Source: Gemmatimonadota bacterium
GTDB lineage: Bacteria; Gemmatimonadota; Gemmatimonadetes; Gemmatimonadales; Gemmatimonadaceae
Reading direction: 5' to 3'
Assembly (NCBI GenBank): GCA_016182795.1
Contig: JACPFW010000026.1
Coordinates: forward strand, 11,905 to 75,904
Length of the DNA stretch: 64,000 nucleotides
The notes under the pieces are model-generated. The model saw only the letters and a list, made by a program, of their open reading frames with translations, was not told the origin of the DNA and did no database searches. Below, piece after piece: positions 40,175 to 48,645 of the stretch (within the stretch, counting starts at the first letter, position 1; the number at the start of each line of letters is the position of its first letter). Both the position numbers and the translations under genes were made by a program.

Positions 40175-41350
40175 TCAATACGCCGTGAACAGCAAGTGAT
40201 TATTCGCCGTCTTCGCGCTCGTCACTATCCCCTTGGTCGTCTCCGCGTACAGCGCGTCGCGCACCTGCTGCGCCGTCGCCGTCGGATTGCCCTGCAGATA
40301 GAGGGCGGCCACTCCGGCCACGTGCGGCGTCGCCATCGACGTGCCGCTGATGGTGTTGGTGGCCACGTCGCTCGTGTACCACGACGACGTGATACCCAGC
40401 CCCGGCGCGAACCAGTCGACGCAGTTGCCGTAGTTGGACCACGACGTCTTCCGGTCGCTGCTGTCCGTGGCACCGATGGTCATCGCCGTGCTCACGCGCG
40501 CCGGCGAGTACCGGCACGCGTCCTGCGCGACGCCCGCCTTGTTGCCGTTGCCGGCGGCGACGGCATACGCCACGCCGCTCGCGATCGAGTTGGACACGGC
40601 CTGGTCAAGCGCCGTCGACGCGCCGCCGCCAAGGCTCATGTTGGCCACCGCGGGCTTGGCGGCGTTGGCCGTCACCCAGTCGATGCCGGCGATCACCCCA
40701 GAGGTCGTGCCGCTCCCTGAGCAGTTGAGCACGCGCACGGCAACGAGGCTCACCGCCTTGGCCACGCCGTACGTCGCACCGCCCACCGTGCCGGCCACGT
40801 GCGTGCCGTGCCCGTTGCAGTCGATGCCGTTCTTGCCGTCGCCGATGGCGTCGTAGCCCACCGCCGCGCGCCCGCCGAACTCGCTGTGTGAGGTGCGAAT
40901 TCCGGTGTCGACGATGTACGCGTGCACTCCGCTGCCCGTCGCCGTGTACGTGTAGGAGCCGTCGAGCGGACGCGCGCGCTGGTCGATGCGATCGAGTCCC
41001 CACGTCGCGCCGGTCTGCGTCGTGAAGGCCGTCATCTCCTGGTCGCGCTCGACGTACGCCACCGACGGATCGCGCGCGAGGTCGGCGATCGCCGTCCCGC
41101 TGAACTCGCCGGAGAACCCCTTGAGCGCCGCGCCGTACGTGTGCGTCACACTGCCACCAAACCGCTGCGCGAGACCGACCGCCCTGCCGCGCGGATCGGC
41201 GACATCATCGGTGAAGACGACGATGTAATCAGCGCGGTCGGCAACGGACGCGACGCGAGTCCGGGCGACTGCCGATTCGGTCGGTGAGGATGCGTCGTTG
41301 GCGCAGGCGGCCGCCGCGAGCACGGCGACGGAAAGCACGATTCTCCGCAT
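40175..41350 (-). CDS. Secreted subtilisin-like serine protease (peptidase S8, proteinase K-like) with an I9 propeptide
   Basis: Lipobox/signal LAAAAC. The propeptide is YIVVF...[10 protein letters not shown]...VAYVERD. The catalytic triad contexts are YIVDTGI (Asp), GHGTHVAGT (His) and [12 protein letters not shown] (Ser). Confidence 0.9.
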   Translation of the reverse strand: MRRIVLSVAVLAAAACANDASSPTESAVARTRVASVADRADYIVVFTDDVADPRGRAVGLAQRFGGSVTHTYGAALKGFSGEFSGTAIADLARDPSVAYVERDQEMTAFTTQTGATWGLDRIDQRARPLDGSYTYTATGSGVHAYIVDTGIRTSHSEFGGRAAVGYDAIGDGKNGIDCNGHGTHVAGTVGGATYGVAKAVSLVAVRVLNCSGSGTTSGVIAGIDWVTANAAKPAVANMSLGGGASTALDQAVSNSIASGVAYAVAAGNGNKAGVAQDACRYSPARVSTAMTIGATDSSDRKTSWSNYGNCVDWFAPGLGITSSWYTSDVATNTISGTSMATPHVAGVAALYLQGNPTATAQQVRDALYAETTKGIVTSAKTANNHLLFTAY

Positions 41351-41435
41351 TGGGGGGCTCCAGTGAGGGGAAATGGGAGGGGCGCGAGGGCCCTATTTTG
41401 GACACAATAGGAGACGACTGTGCGATGCACAAGAC

Positions 41436-41562
41436 CGGAACGAGGAGGGGGGCCGGGACTTGGGAACGGGCGAAGAGAGGCGGAACGGGGAGGGCGGTTA
41501 TCGCGTCCCCCTCCATCTCTCTCGGTCGTCGTTCCTTAGTCCCGGCCCCCCTCCCCGTTCCG
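41436..41562. repeat. Copy 3 of the G-tract/C-tract palindromic element
   Basis: cggaacgaggaggggggccgggact...agtcccggcccccctccccgttccg. The right arm overlaps the last 9 codons (including the stop) of trmD. Confidence 0.9.
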
Positions 41563-42204
41563 TTTCTTTGTGAGTCGTACGCCTTCACTCTTCCTCCACT
41601 TCTCAATCTCCGCATGGTGCCCACTCAGCAGCACATCCGGGACCATATGCCCGCGGAAATCGGGAGGGCGCGTGTAACTCGGCGCCGAGAGGCCGCGCCC
41701 GTAGAACGAGTCGCCACGCGCGCTGTCGTGGTCGTTCATCGCGCCGGGGAGTAGCCGCACCACGGCGTCCACAATGCACAGCGCCGCCGGCTCGCCGCCG
41801 GAGAGCACAAAGTCGCCGACGGACATTTCCTCGGTGGCCAGGTGATCGGCGACGCGCTGGTCGACATCCTTGTAATGGCCGCACAGCAGCGTGAGTTCAT
41901 CACCCGCCGCAAAACGCTCGGCGTCGGCATGCGAAAAGACCTTGCCGCGCGGCGAGAGGAGTACGATGGGCGCTTTGGCGCCAAGCGACTCGACGCACTC
42001 GAAGAACGGCCCGGGCTTCATCACCATGCCGGCGCCGCCGCCGTACGGATAGTCGTCGACGGTGCGGTGCTTGTCGTGCGTGTAGTCGCGCAGATCCACA
42101 ACATTGTACGTGACGCTGCCCGCTTCGCGCGCCTTGTCGGGAATGCTCAGCGACAGCGGCCCGGCGAAGAACTCGGGGAAGATCGTGACGATGTTGATCT
42201 TCAT
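41536..42204 (-). CDS. trmD: tRNA (guanine37-N1)-methyltransferase
   Basis: MKINIVTIFPEFF...DDYPYGGGAGMVM...LLCGHYKDVDQRV...SVGDFVLSGGE. The C-terminal ...KRNGEGGRD and the stop are encoded by the repeat element. Confidence 0.92.
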   Translation of the reverse strand: MKINIVTIFPEFFAGPLSLSIPDKAREAGSVTYNVVDLRDYTHDKHRTVDDYPYGGGAGMVMKPGPFFECVESLGAKAPIVLLSPRGKVFSHADAERFAAGDELTLLCGHYKDVDQRVADHLATEEMSVGDFVLSGGEPAALCIVDAVVRLLPGAMNDHDSARGDSFYGRGLSAPSYTRPPDFRGHMVPDVLLSGHHAEIEKWRKSEGVRLTKKRNGEGGRD

Positions 42205-42746
42205 TGGAGCAGTCCGTCGGGAACATCGAGCGTGATGACGCGCGCGTCGCGGTCGAACGCGACGACGAACGCATCGTTGAACGGCACGTCGCGCAGGCCG
42301 CGCGCGGTCTCGATCTCGAGCACGAGCCCCTGCGGCAGCTCGTACGAACCGCGCACCTCGCCGAGCGGCGCGCCCTGCGGATCGACGGCGCGCATGCCGG
42401 GGAGTTCGTGCACCCACACCTCATCATCGGCGGGCGGCTCGAGTTCATCCATCGGGACGAGCAGCGTGATGCCGCGCCACCGCTCGGCGGTGGTGCGGTC
42501 GACGACGCCTTCGAAGCGCACGAGGAGGCCGTCCTGAAAGTCGCGCGCGGTAGCGACAATCAGCTCGCGCGGAGTGCCGGACGCCGGGTCGGGGGCGAGA
42601 TCGCCAGCGGGCGTGCCCACCAAGACACGCGCGCCGGGCGCGAAGATCGCGTCCGGCGCGTCAGTCTGGAGCGCCACCACCACTTCGCCCTTGATGCCGT
42701 GGGCGCGACGAACGCGCCCGACGACGGCGGAGGAACCGCTGGTCAC
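42201..42746 (-). CDS. rimM: 16S rRNA processing protein RimM
   Basis: VGRVRRAHGIKGEVVV... is the N-terminal RimM motif, followed by a PRC-barrel-like C-terminus. It overlaps the trmD start by 4 nt. Confidence 0.85.
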   Translation of the reverse strand: MTSGSSAVVGRVRRAHGIKGEVVVALQTDAPDAIFAPGARVLVGTPAGDLAPDPASGTPRELIVATARDFQDGLLVRFEGVVDRTTAERWRGITLLVPMDELEPPADDEVWVHELPGMRAVDPQGAPLGEVRGSYELPQGLVLEIETARGLRDVPFNDAFVVAFDRDARVITLDVPDGLLQ

Positions 42747-42747
42747 G

Positions 42748-43062
42748 CTACGCGTTGGTCTCCGAGACGGGGACCGCGGAGGCGGCGAGCTTGGCGGCCA
42801 GGCGCTGCTCGTGGCGGGCCTTGAGCACGCCCGCCTTGCGTAGCAGCGAGCGGACCGTGTCGGACGGCTGGGCGCCGTTGTTGAGCCAGTAGTTGGCGCG
42901 ATCGGTGTTCAGCGTCACCGCCTTCTCGCCCGTGCGGGGCGCGTACTGGCCGATGACTTCAATGAACTTGCCGTCCCGCGGCATGCGCGAGTCGGCGACG
43001 ACGATGCGGTACATCGGGGCCTTCTTGCGGCCCGCGCGGCGGAGACGAATGCAAACGGCCAT
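42748..43062 (-). CDS. rpsP: 30S ribosomal protein S16
   Basis: [45 protein letters not shown] 43062 is preceded by GGAG. Confidence 0.92.
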   Translation of the reverse strand: MAVCIRLRRAGRKKAPMYRIVVADSRMPRDGKFIEVIGQYAPRTGEKAVTLNTDRANYWLNNGAQPSDTVRSLLRKAGVLKARHEQRLAAKLAASAVPVSETNA

Positions 43063-43366
43063 CGGAGGTACTCCAGAAATGCGGTAAGACGCTGCCACCT
43101 GGCTCATCGCGCCACCGGAATGTCCGGAGCGCACCTGGGGCCGACCCTAAAGGGGCGGCTAGCGCAGCGAGCCAAGAAAGTTATGCGAGGCCGGCGCGGG
43201 ACTCAAGTGATAGCGAACAAAGAATTTGCTGGCCGAAGTGTTCACGAAAAGACGAGCCGATATGGGTGCCGTCGCAGATAGCGGCGTGCTCGCCCTTGCG
43301 GTGCGGTTCTTTTGGGGCAATCTTGGTGGTCCCGAATAAATACCGAAGCACACCTAGGAGGCTGGT

Positions 43367-43837
43367 ATGTCGAGCACGACGTTCATGTCCCCGGAAGCCG
43401 CGCTGGAACACTGGCAGGGTCATCGCCGCCTCACGCGGCGCGTGATCGAGGCATTTCCCGAGGACCAGCTGTTCTCGTTCTCCGTGGGCGGGATGCGCAG
43501 CTTTGGAGAGATGTGCAATGAGCTGCTCGCCATGGCGGTGCCGATGACGGAGGGCACGGTGTCTGAGGCATGGGGATCGTACACGCCCGGCAAGGCCACG
43601 TCGAAGTCAGCGCTACTCGCGGCGTGGGACGCTGACACGGCAAAACTCAGCGCGCTGTGGCCCAAGATTCCCGCCGCGCGGTTCGCCGACACGGTGACGG
43701 CGTTCGACGCGTACACGGGGAAGCTGCACGATCTCTTCCTTTACGTGATCGACAACGAGATCCACCATCGCGGGCAGGGGTACGTGTACCTGCGCGCGCT
43801 GGGCGTTGAACCGCCGCCGTTCTATGAGCGCGGCTAA
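43367..43837 (+). CDS. DinB-family (four-helix-bundle, metal-dependent) protein
   Basis: ALEHWQGHRRLT...NEIHHRGQGYVYLRALGVEPPPFY is the DinB_2-type His triad pattern. There is a strong AGGAGG upstream of the ATG. Confidence 0.7.
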   Translation: MSSTTFMSPEAALEHWQGHRRLTRRVIEAFPEDQLFSFSVGGMRSFGEMCNELLAMAVPMTEGTVSEAWGSYTPGKATSKSALLAAWDADTAKLSALWPKIPAARFADTVTAFDAYTGKLHDLFLYVIDNEIHHRGQGYVYLRALGVEPPPFYERG

Positions 43838-43867
43838 GGCGCGCTGCGCCGTGCCGGCCGCGGCGCG

Positions 43868-44503
43868 TTAGCGCCGCCGCATCGCACCCGGGTGCGCCTT
43901 CACGTACGCCGCGAAGGCGTAGCCGGTGGTCGTGCCGGGCTGAGGTTGCAGGTCGGTGAGCCCGTTGTGCATCACAACGGCAAGCTGCACCCAGTCCTTG
44001 CTGCGAAAATGCGCCTCGACGCCGAGTCCGGCGACCAGCGACAGCTCGAACGGACGGATGGCGTCGTACTCGGTGCCGCGCCCGCCATTGGTGCTCAGGC
44101 GTACACCGGCACTGGCGCCGCCGATCAGGACGGGGCGCACCCACGTGCCGACGCGGCGCGGCGCGAGCGGCGTGTACTGCAGTAGCAGCGGCACCTGCAG
44201 AAAGCCGATGGCGTAGCGCGCACCATCGTCGCCCTTCAGGTCGAAGACGGTCTGCACTTCGGCGTGAAGCGAGCGCGTGAGGGAGCGACGCGCGAACAGC
44301 CCGACGTAGGGCGACGTGCCGTTGCCGCTGGCCGACGTGAAGCCCTCAGGTTGCCCGGGGAACGACTGGGTCAGCCCGCTGGCGGCGATGCCGAGGATGG
44401 GGCCGAACTGAAGGCGCGAGGCGAAGGGAGTGGACTGCGGTGCTTGGGCGTGCAGCGCGACGGAGGAGCACAGGATGAACCCGAGTGTGATCAACCGTCG
44501 CAT
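43868..44503 (-). CDS. Outer-membrane beta-barrel protein (small porin-family barrel)
   Basis: MRRLITLGFILCSSVALHAQ is the signal. Alternating beta segments are present. ATG 44503 is preceded by GGAG and lies 11 nt after the ffh stop. Confidence 0.6.
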   Translation of the reverse strand: MRRLITLGFILCSSVALHAQAPQSTPFASRLQFGPILGIAASGLTQSFPGQPEGFTSASGNGTSPYVGLFARRSLTRSLHAEVQTVFDLKGDDGARYAIGFLQVPLLLQYTPLAPRRVGTWVRPVLIGGASAGVRLSTNGGRGTEYDAIRPFELSLVAGLGVEAHFRSKDWVQLAVVMHNGLTDLQPQPGTTTGYAFAAYVKAHPGAMRRR

Positions 44504-44514
44504 GCGCTGACTCC

Positions 44515-45834
44515 TCACCTCATTCCAGGAAACTGCGGTCGTCCCCCGCCCTTCATCGACTTCATCATCTTCTGCATGCCGCGGAACTGCTCGAGCAGCT
44601 TGTTGACTTCGCTGATCGGGCGGCCGCTGCCCTTGGCGATGCGCGCGCGGCGCGAGCCGTTGAGCAGGTCGGGCTGCTTGCGCTCTTCGAGGGTCATGCT
44701 GAGCACGATGGCCTCGAGATGCTTCATCCGCTTGGGATCGGTGTTCACCTGCTTCAGCATCTTGGCGTTGACGCCGGGGAGGAGCTTGAGGATCCCCTCC
44801 ATGGGCCCAAGGCGCTGAATCTGCTTCATGGCGGCGAGGAAATCGCCGAGGTCCATCCCTTCCTTGCGGACCTTCTTGTCGAGGCGCTTGGCCTCTTCGG
44901 CGTCGATGGCGCCCTGCGCCTTCTCCACGAGGGTGAGGACGTCGCCCTGCTGGAGAATGCGCCCGGCCATACGGTCGGGGTGGAACTCCTCGAGCGCGTC
45001 GCTCTTTTCGCCGACACCGATGTACTTGATGGGCTTCTTGGTGACGCCGTAGATGCTGAGCGCGGCGCCGCCGCGGGCGTCGCCATCCATCTTGGTGAGG
45101 ATCACGCCAGTGACGCCGAGCGCGCTGTCGAAGCCCTGCGCGATCTTCACGGCGTCCTGGCCGGTCATGCCGTCGGCGACGAGAAGGATTTCGTCGGGGC
45201 GCACGGCCTCCTTGAGGCGCGCGAGTTCGCCCATCATCTCGTCGTCGATCTGCAGTCGGCCGGCGGTATCGATGAGAACCACGCGGTCGCGCTCGCGGCG
45301 CGACTGGTCGAGTCCGGCGCGCGCGATCTTCACCACGTCCGTCGTCGAGCGGTCGGCGTAGACGGGGATGTCGAGATCCTTGCCGAGCGTCTCGAGCTGA
45401 TCGATGGCGGCGGGGCGATAGACGTCGGCGGCGATGAGGCGCACCTGGCGCCCTTCGCCCTTGAGCCTGCGCGCGAGCTTGGCGGCGGTGGTCGTCTTGC
45501 CGGAGCCCTGGAGGCCGACCATCAGCACCACGGTGGGCGGCACGGACGACAGCTTGAGCCCTTCCTTGCGCTCGCCGAGCATGGCGGTGAGTTCGTCATA
45601 GACGATCTTGACGAGCTGCTGCGCGGGCGAGACGGTGCGAATCTGTGAGACACCAACGGCCTTCTTCTCGACGCGCTCGAGGAACTCGCGCGTGAGCTGG
45701 AAGTTGACGTCGGCCTCGAGGAGGACGCGGCGGACTTCGCGGAGGCCGTCCTTGATGTCGGCTTCGGTGAGAACGCCGCGGCCGCGAAGCTTCGCGAAGG
45801 TGTTTTCGAGTTTGTCGGAGAGTTCCTGGAACAT
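44515..45834 (-). CDS. ffh: Signal recognition particle protein
   Basis: MFQELSDKLENTFAKLRGRG...GLQGSGKTTTAAKLA...DTAGRL..., followed by a Met-rich M domain (GMQKMMKSMKGG). Confidence 0.95.
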   Translation of the reverse strand: MFQELSDKLENTFAKLRGRGVLTEADIKDGLREVRRVLLEADVNFQLTREFLERVEKKAVGVSQIRTVSPAQQLVKIVYDELTAMLGERKEGLKLSSVPPTVVLMVGLQGSGKTTTAAKLARRLKGEGRQVRLIAADVYRPAAIDQLETLGKDLDIPVYADRSTTDVVKIARAGLDQSRRERDRVVLIDTAGRLQIDDEMMGELARLKEAVRPDEILLVADGMTGQDAVKIAQGFDSALGVTGVILTKMDGDARGGAALSIYGVTKKPIKYIGVGEKSDALEEFHPDRMAGRILQQGDVLTLVEKAQGAIDAEEAKRLDKKVRKEGMDLGDFLAAMKQIQRLGPMEGILKLLPGVNAKMLKQVNTDPKRMKHLEAIVLSMTLEERKQPDLLNGSRRARIAKGSGRPISEVNKLLEQFRGMQKMMKSMKGGGRPQFPGMR

Positions 45835-45888
45835 CGTTCAAAGATAAGCGGTCGGGGCCGGGTTTTGGGCCGGCGTCCGAGCTATTCA

Positions 45889-46052
45889 GGACACTGAATT
45901 CACGGAGGGCACGGAGGACACGGAGATCACGGAGGACGGCAACTTCTTGGGGGAACAACGAACACCACGCGGGGCATTGCGCGGCGCGCGCAGTTCCTCC
46001 AAGAAGTTGTAGTCCTCCGTGTCCTCCGTGTCCTCCGTGAATTCTGTGTCCT
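45889..46052. repeat. 164-bp imperfect palindrome with arms made of 9-mer tandem units (CACGGAGGA x4 / TCCTCCGTG x3)
   Basis: ggacactgaattc CACGGAGGG CACGGAGGA CACGGAGAT CACGGAGGA cggcaacttcttgg ... ccaagaagttgtag TCCTCCGTG x3 aattctgtgtcc. It lies in the divergent ffh/lon intergenic region. Confidence 0.92.
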
Positions 46053-46112
46053 TGAGCCCCGCACCAGACCCCCAGCCTTTCGCGAAATTGCGCAATTGCT
46101 ACCTTAGTACGC

Positions 46113-48638
46113 GTGACCGTGCCCGGGGCCTCCTCACCCACTGACTCCGCCCGACTCGAGCGACCGCTCTTGGTGCTGCGGTCGACGGCGGTCTTCCCGC
46201 GCGGCACGGTGGCGGTGCAGATGGGCGCGCCGGAGAACGTCGCGCTGCTCACCGCGCGCCCGGAGCCCGACCTCGAGGTGATTGTCGCGGTGGCGCCGGT
46301 GCGCGACGCGGCCGGCGAACCGGCGGGTCTGGAGGGGCGCATTGGCGTGCTGGCGCGCGTGGTGTCGCGCGCAGCGGTGCCCGGCGACACGCTGCAGATC
46401 ACGCTCGAAGGACTGGCCCGTGTGCGCATCACGACCGTCGCGCGTCGCGGCGCGCTGACCTTTGCGAGCGCCGAGTCGGTGAGCGAGAGCGCGGCTGATG
46501 TCCCGGGTCTGCGCATGCTGCTGGTGCAGTTGGCCGACGCCGCGGACCGGCTGGTGGAGACCAACGAGACCACGCCGCCGGAACTGTCGGCGCTGGTGCG
46601 GCTCAATGCGGCCAACCCGGGCTACGCGGCCGACGTTGTTGCCGCGCGCGGGCCGTTCCGCGCCGCCGACAAGGACGAAGTGTTGCAGCGGCTCGACGTC
46701 TCCGACCGCGTGACGTACGTGCTGGCGCGCCTCGAAAAGGAGCTCACCCGCTCGGCGGTGCTCGAGGACGTACGCACGCAGACCGACGCGAACATCGAGC
46801 GGCATCATCGCGAGTTCTACCTGCGGCAGCAGCTGCGCGCGATCCAGGCGGAACTGGGCGAGGGCGACCCGCAGGACGGCGAGGTGGGCGAGCTGCTGCG
46901 GCAAATCGAGGAAGCGCCGCTGCCGCCGACCGTCGCCGCCGAGGCACGGCGCGAAGTGGCGCGCCTGCGCGGGCTGTCGAGCGCGTCGAGCGAGTATCAG
47001 GTGCTGCGCAATTATCTCGAGTGGGTGCTGGCGCTCCCGTGGGGGCGCAGCGGCGACGTCACCGACATTGCGCTCGACCGCGTGGAGGCGGCACTCGATG
47101 ACCGGCACTGGGGGCTGCGCGAGGCGAAGGACCGCATTCTCGAGCATCTGGCGGTGCACAAGCTGCGCGGCGGTCACGCGCCGGGGCCGATCCTCTGCTT
47201 CGTGGGACCGCCGGGCACAGGCAAGACGTCGCTGGGCGAGGCGATTGCGGCGGCGATCGGCCGCAAGTTCTACCGCATCTCGGTGGGCGGCGTGCGCGAC
47301 GAAGCCGAGATCCGCGGACATCGCCGCACGTACGTGGGCTCGCTCCCCGGCCTGCTGGTGCAGGCGTTGCGCCGCGTCGGCGTGAGCGACCCGGTGTTCC
47401 TGATTGACGAGATCGACAAGATGGCCGCCGGCGGCCCGGTGGGCGATCCGGCGGCGGCGATGCTCGAAGTGCTCGATCCGTCGCAGAACGCGTCGTTCGT
47501 GGATCACTTCCTGAATCTGCCGGTCGATCTGTCGTCGGTGCTGTTCATCGCGACGGCCAACAACCTGTTCGACATTCCCGTTGCGCTGCGCGATCGCCTC
47601 GAAGTGATCCGCATTGCGGGCTACACGATCGAGGAAAAGGTCGAGATCGCCTGGCGCTACCTGCTGCCGCGGCTGCTCGACGAGCACGGCATCTCCGACC
47701 TCGACCTGCAGTTCACCGACGAGGCGCTGGGCTTTTTGGCGAGCGGCTACTCGCGCGAGGCGGGGCTGCGCAACTTCGAGCGCAATCTGGCCGCGCTCAT
47801 GCGCAAGCGCGCCCGTCGCAAAGCCGATGGCGAGCTAGGGGCGTGGGTGGTGGACCAGGCGCGCATCGAAGAAGTGCTCGGCCCGCCGCGCTACGCGGAC
47901 GAGGCCGCCGAGCAGCGGCCCGAGATTGGGGCCGTGACCGGGCTCGCGTGGACGGCGGCCGGCGGTGAACTGATGACCATCGAAGTGCTGCAGATGGACG
48001 GCCGCGGACGCCTGACGGTGACGGGTCAGCTGGGCGACGTCATGCGTGAATCTGTGGACGCCGCGTGCTCGTATGTACGGTCACGCGCGCGCACGCTGCG
48101 TCTGCGCGACCCCGAGTTCGTGAGCACTGACTTGCACATCCACTTCCCCGCCGCATCGGTACCGAAGGACGGCCCCAGCGCCGGCGTCGCCGTGACCTTG
48201 GCGATCGCCAGCGCGATGAGCCGACGCAAGGTACGCCGCGACGTGGCCGTCACGGGGGAGATTTCGCTGCGCGGCAAGGTGCGCGAAGTGGGCGGCGTAA
48301 AGGAGAAGGTGCTCGCCGCCTACCGCAGCGGTCTGCGCGAAGTGATGCTCCCGGCGGCGAACGAAAAGGACCTGCGCGAACTGCCCGACGAAGTGCGCGC
48401 GCAGGTGCGGTTCACGTTCGTGCACACGCTGGACGAGGCGATCGAACGCGTGCTGCTTCCCGCGCAGCCGCTCGGCTTTGCGGACGATTTACCGCTCTTC
48501 GAAGGGGGCGATGGCGGACGTCAGATGGCGGATGGCGGATGGCGGCCGGCGGATGGCGGACCTCGCGTCGAGGAGCGGCCATTACCGCCTGCCGCGAGGC
48601 CCGCAGACGGGCCCGACGCGGCTGACGGTCCGCGCTGA
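46113..48638 (+). CDS. lon: ATP-dependent Lon protease (LonA) with an unusual C-terminal extension of about 60 aa
   Basis: The LON N-domain is followed by AAA+ (GPPGTGKTSLGEAIA, FLIDEIDK) and the protease domain (PKDGPSAGVAVTLAIASA ... K). The tail GGDGGRQMADGGWRPADGG... is translated from the heptamer array. Confidence 0.92.
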   Translation: MTVPGASSPTDSARLERPLLVLRSTAVFPRGTVAVQMGAPENVALLTARPEPDLEVIVAVAPVRDAAGEPAGLEGRIGVLARVVSRAAVPGDTLQITLEGLARVRITTVARRGALTFASAESVSESAADVPGLRMLLVQLADAADRLVETNETTPPELSALVRLNAANPGYAADVVAARGPFRAADKDEVLQRLDVSDRVTYVLARLEKELTRSAVLEDVRTQTDANIERHHREFYLRQQLRAIQAELGEGDPQDGEVGELLRQIEEAPLPPTVAAEARREVARLRGLSSASSEYQVLRNYLEWVLALPWGRSGDVTDIALDRVEAALDDRHWGLREAKDRILEHLAVHKLRGGHAPGPILCFVGPPGTGKTSLGEAIAAAIGRKFYRISVGGVRDEAEIRGHRRTYVGSLPGLLVQALRRVGVSDPVFLIDEIDKMAAGGPVGDPAAAMLEVLDPSQNASFVDHFLNLPVDLSSVLFIATANNLFDIPVALRDRLEVIRIAGYTIEEKVEIAWRYLLPRLLDEHGISDLDLQFTDEALGFLASGYSREAGLRNFERNLAALMRKRARRKADGELGAWVVDQARIEEVLGPPRYADEAAEQRPEIGAVTGLAWTAAGGELMTIEVLQMDGRGRLTVTGQLGDVMRESVDAACSYVRSRARTLRLRDPEFVSTDLHIHFPAASVPKDGPSAGVAVTLAIASAMSRRKVRRDVAVTGEISLRGKVREVGGVKEKVLAAYRSGLREVMLPAANEKDLRELPDEVRAQVRFTFVHTLDEAIERVLLPAQPLGFADDLPLFEGGDGGRQMADGGWRPADGGPRVEERPLPPAARPADGPDAADGPR
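48510..48565. repeat. Tandem heptamer array (GATGGCG x5 plus 3 degenerate units), the reverse-complement word of the array at 24534-24561
   Basis: gatggcg gacgtca gatggcg gatggcg gatggcg gccggcg gatggcg gacctcg. It lies inside the 3' extension of the lon ORF. Confidence 0.92.
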
Positions 48639-48645
48639 CGCGCTC

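Noticed and set aside
38681-41573. Short ORFs translating [11 protein letters not shown].../ERGGGRDSG... (38681-39175 +, 40003-40188 +, 41373-41573 +) and the N-terminal parts of 39540-40178 and 41229-41624
   Set aside because: Their similarity to each other comes from translating the three copies of the palindromic repeat element. They overlap real genes or intergenic repeats.
43063-43366. Possible SRP RNA (ffs) or another structured RNA in the 304-nt gap upstream of rpsP, near ffh
   Set aside because: I looked for the conserved SRP domain IV sequence (GGUCCGGAAGGAAGCAGCC-like) on both strands and did not find it. No convincing conserved fold is visible by eye. The gap is left unannotated pending a covariance-model scan.
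46134-47687. 517-aa minus-strand ORF
   Set aside because: It is antisense to lon, which carries clear AAA+ and Ser-Lys protease motifs.
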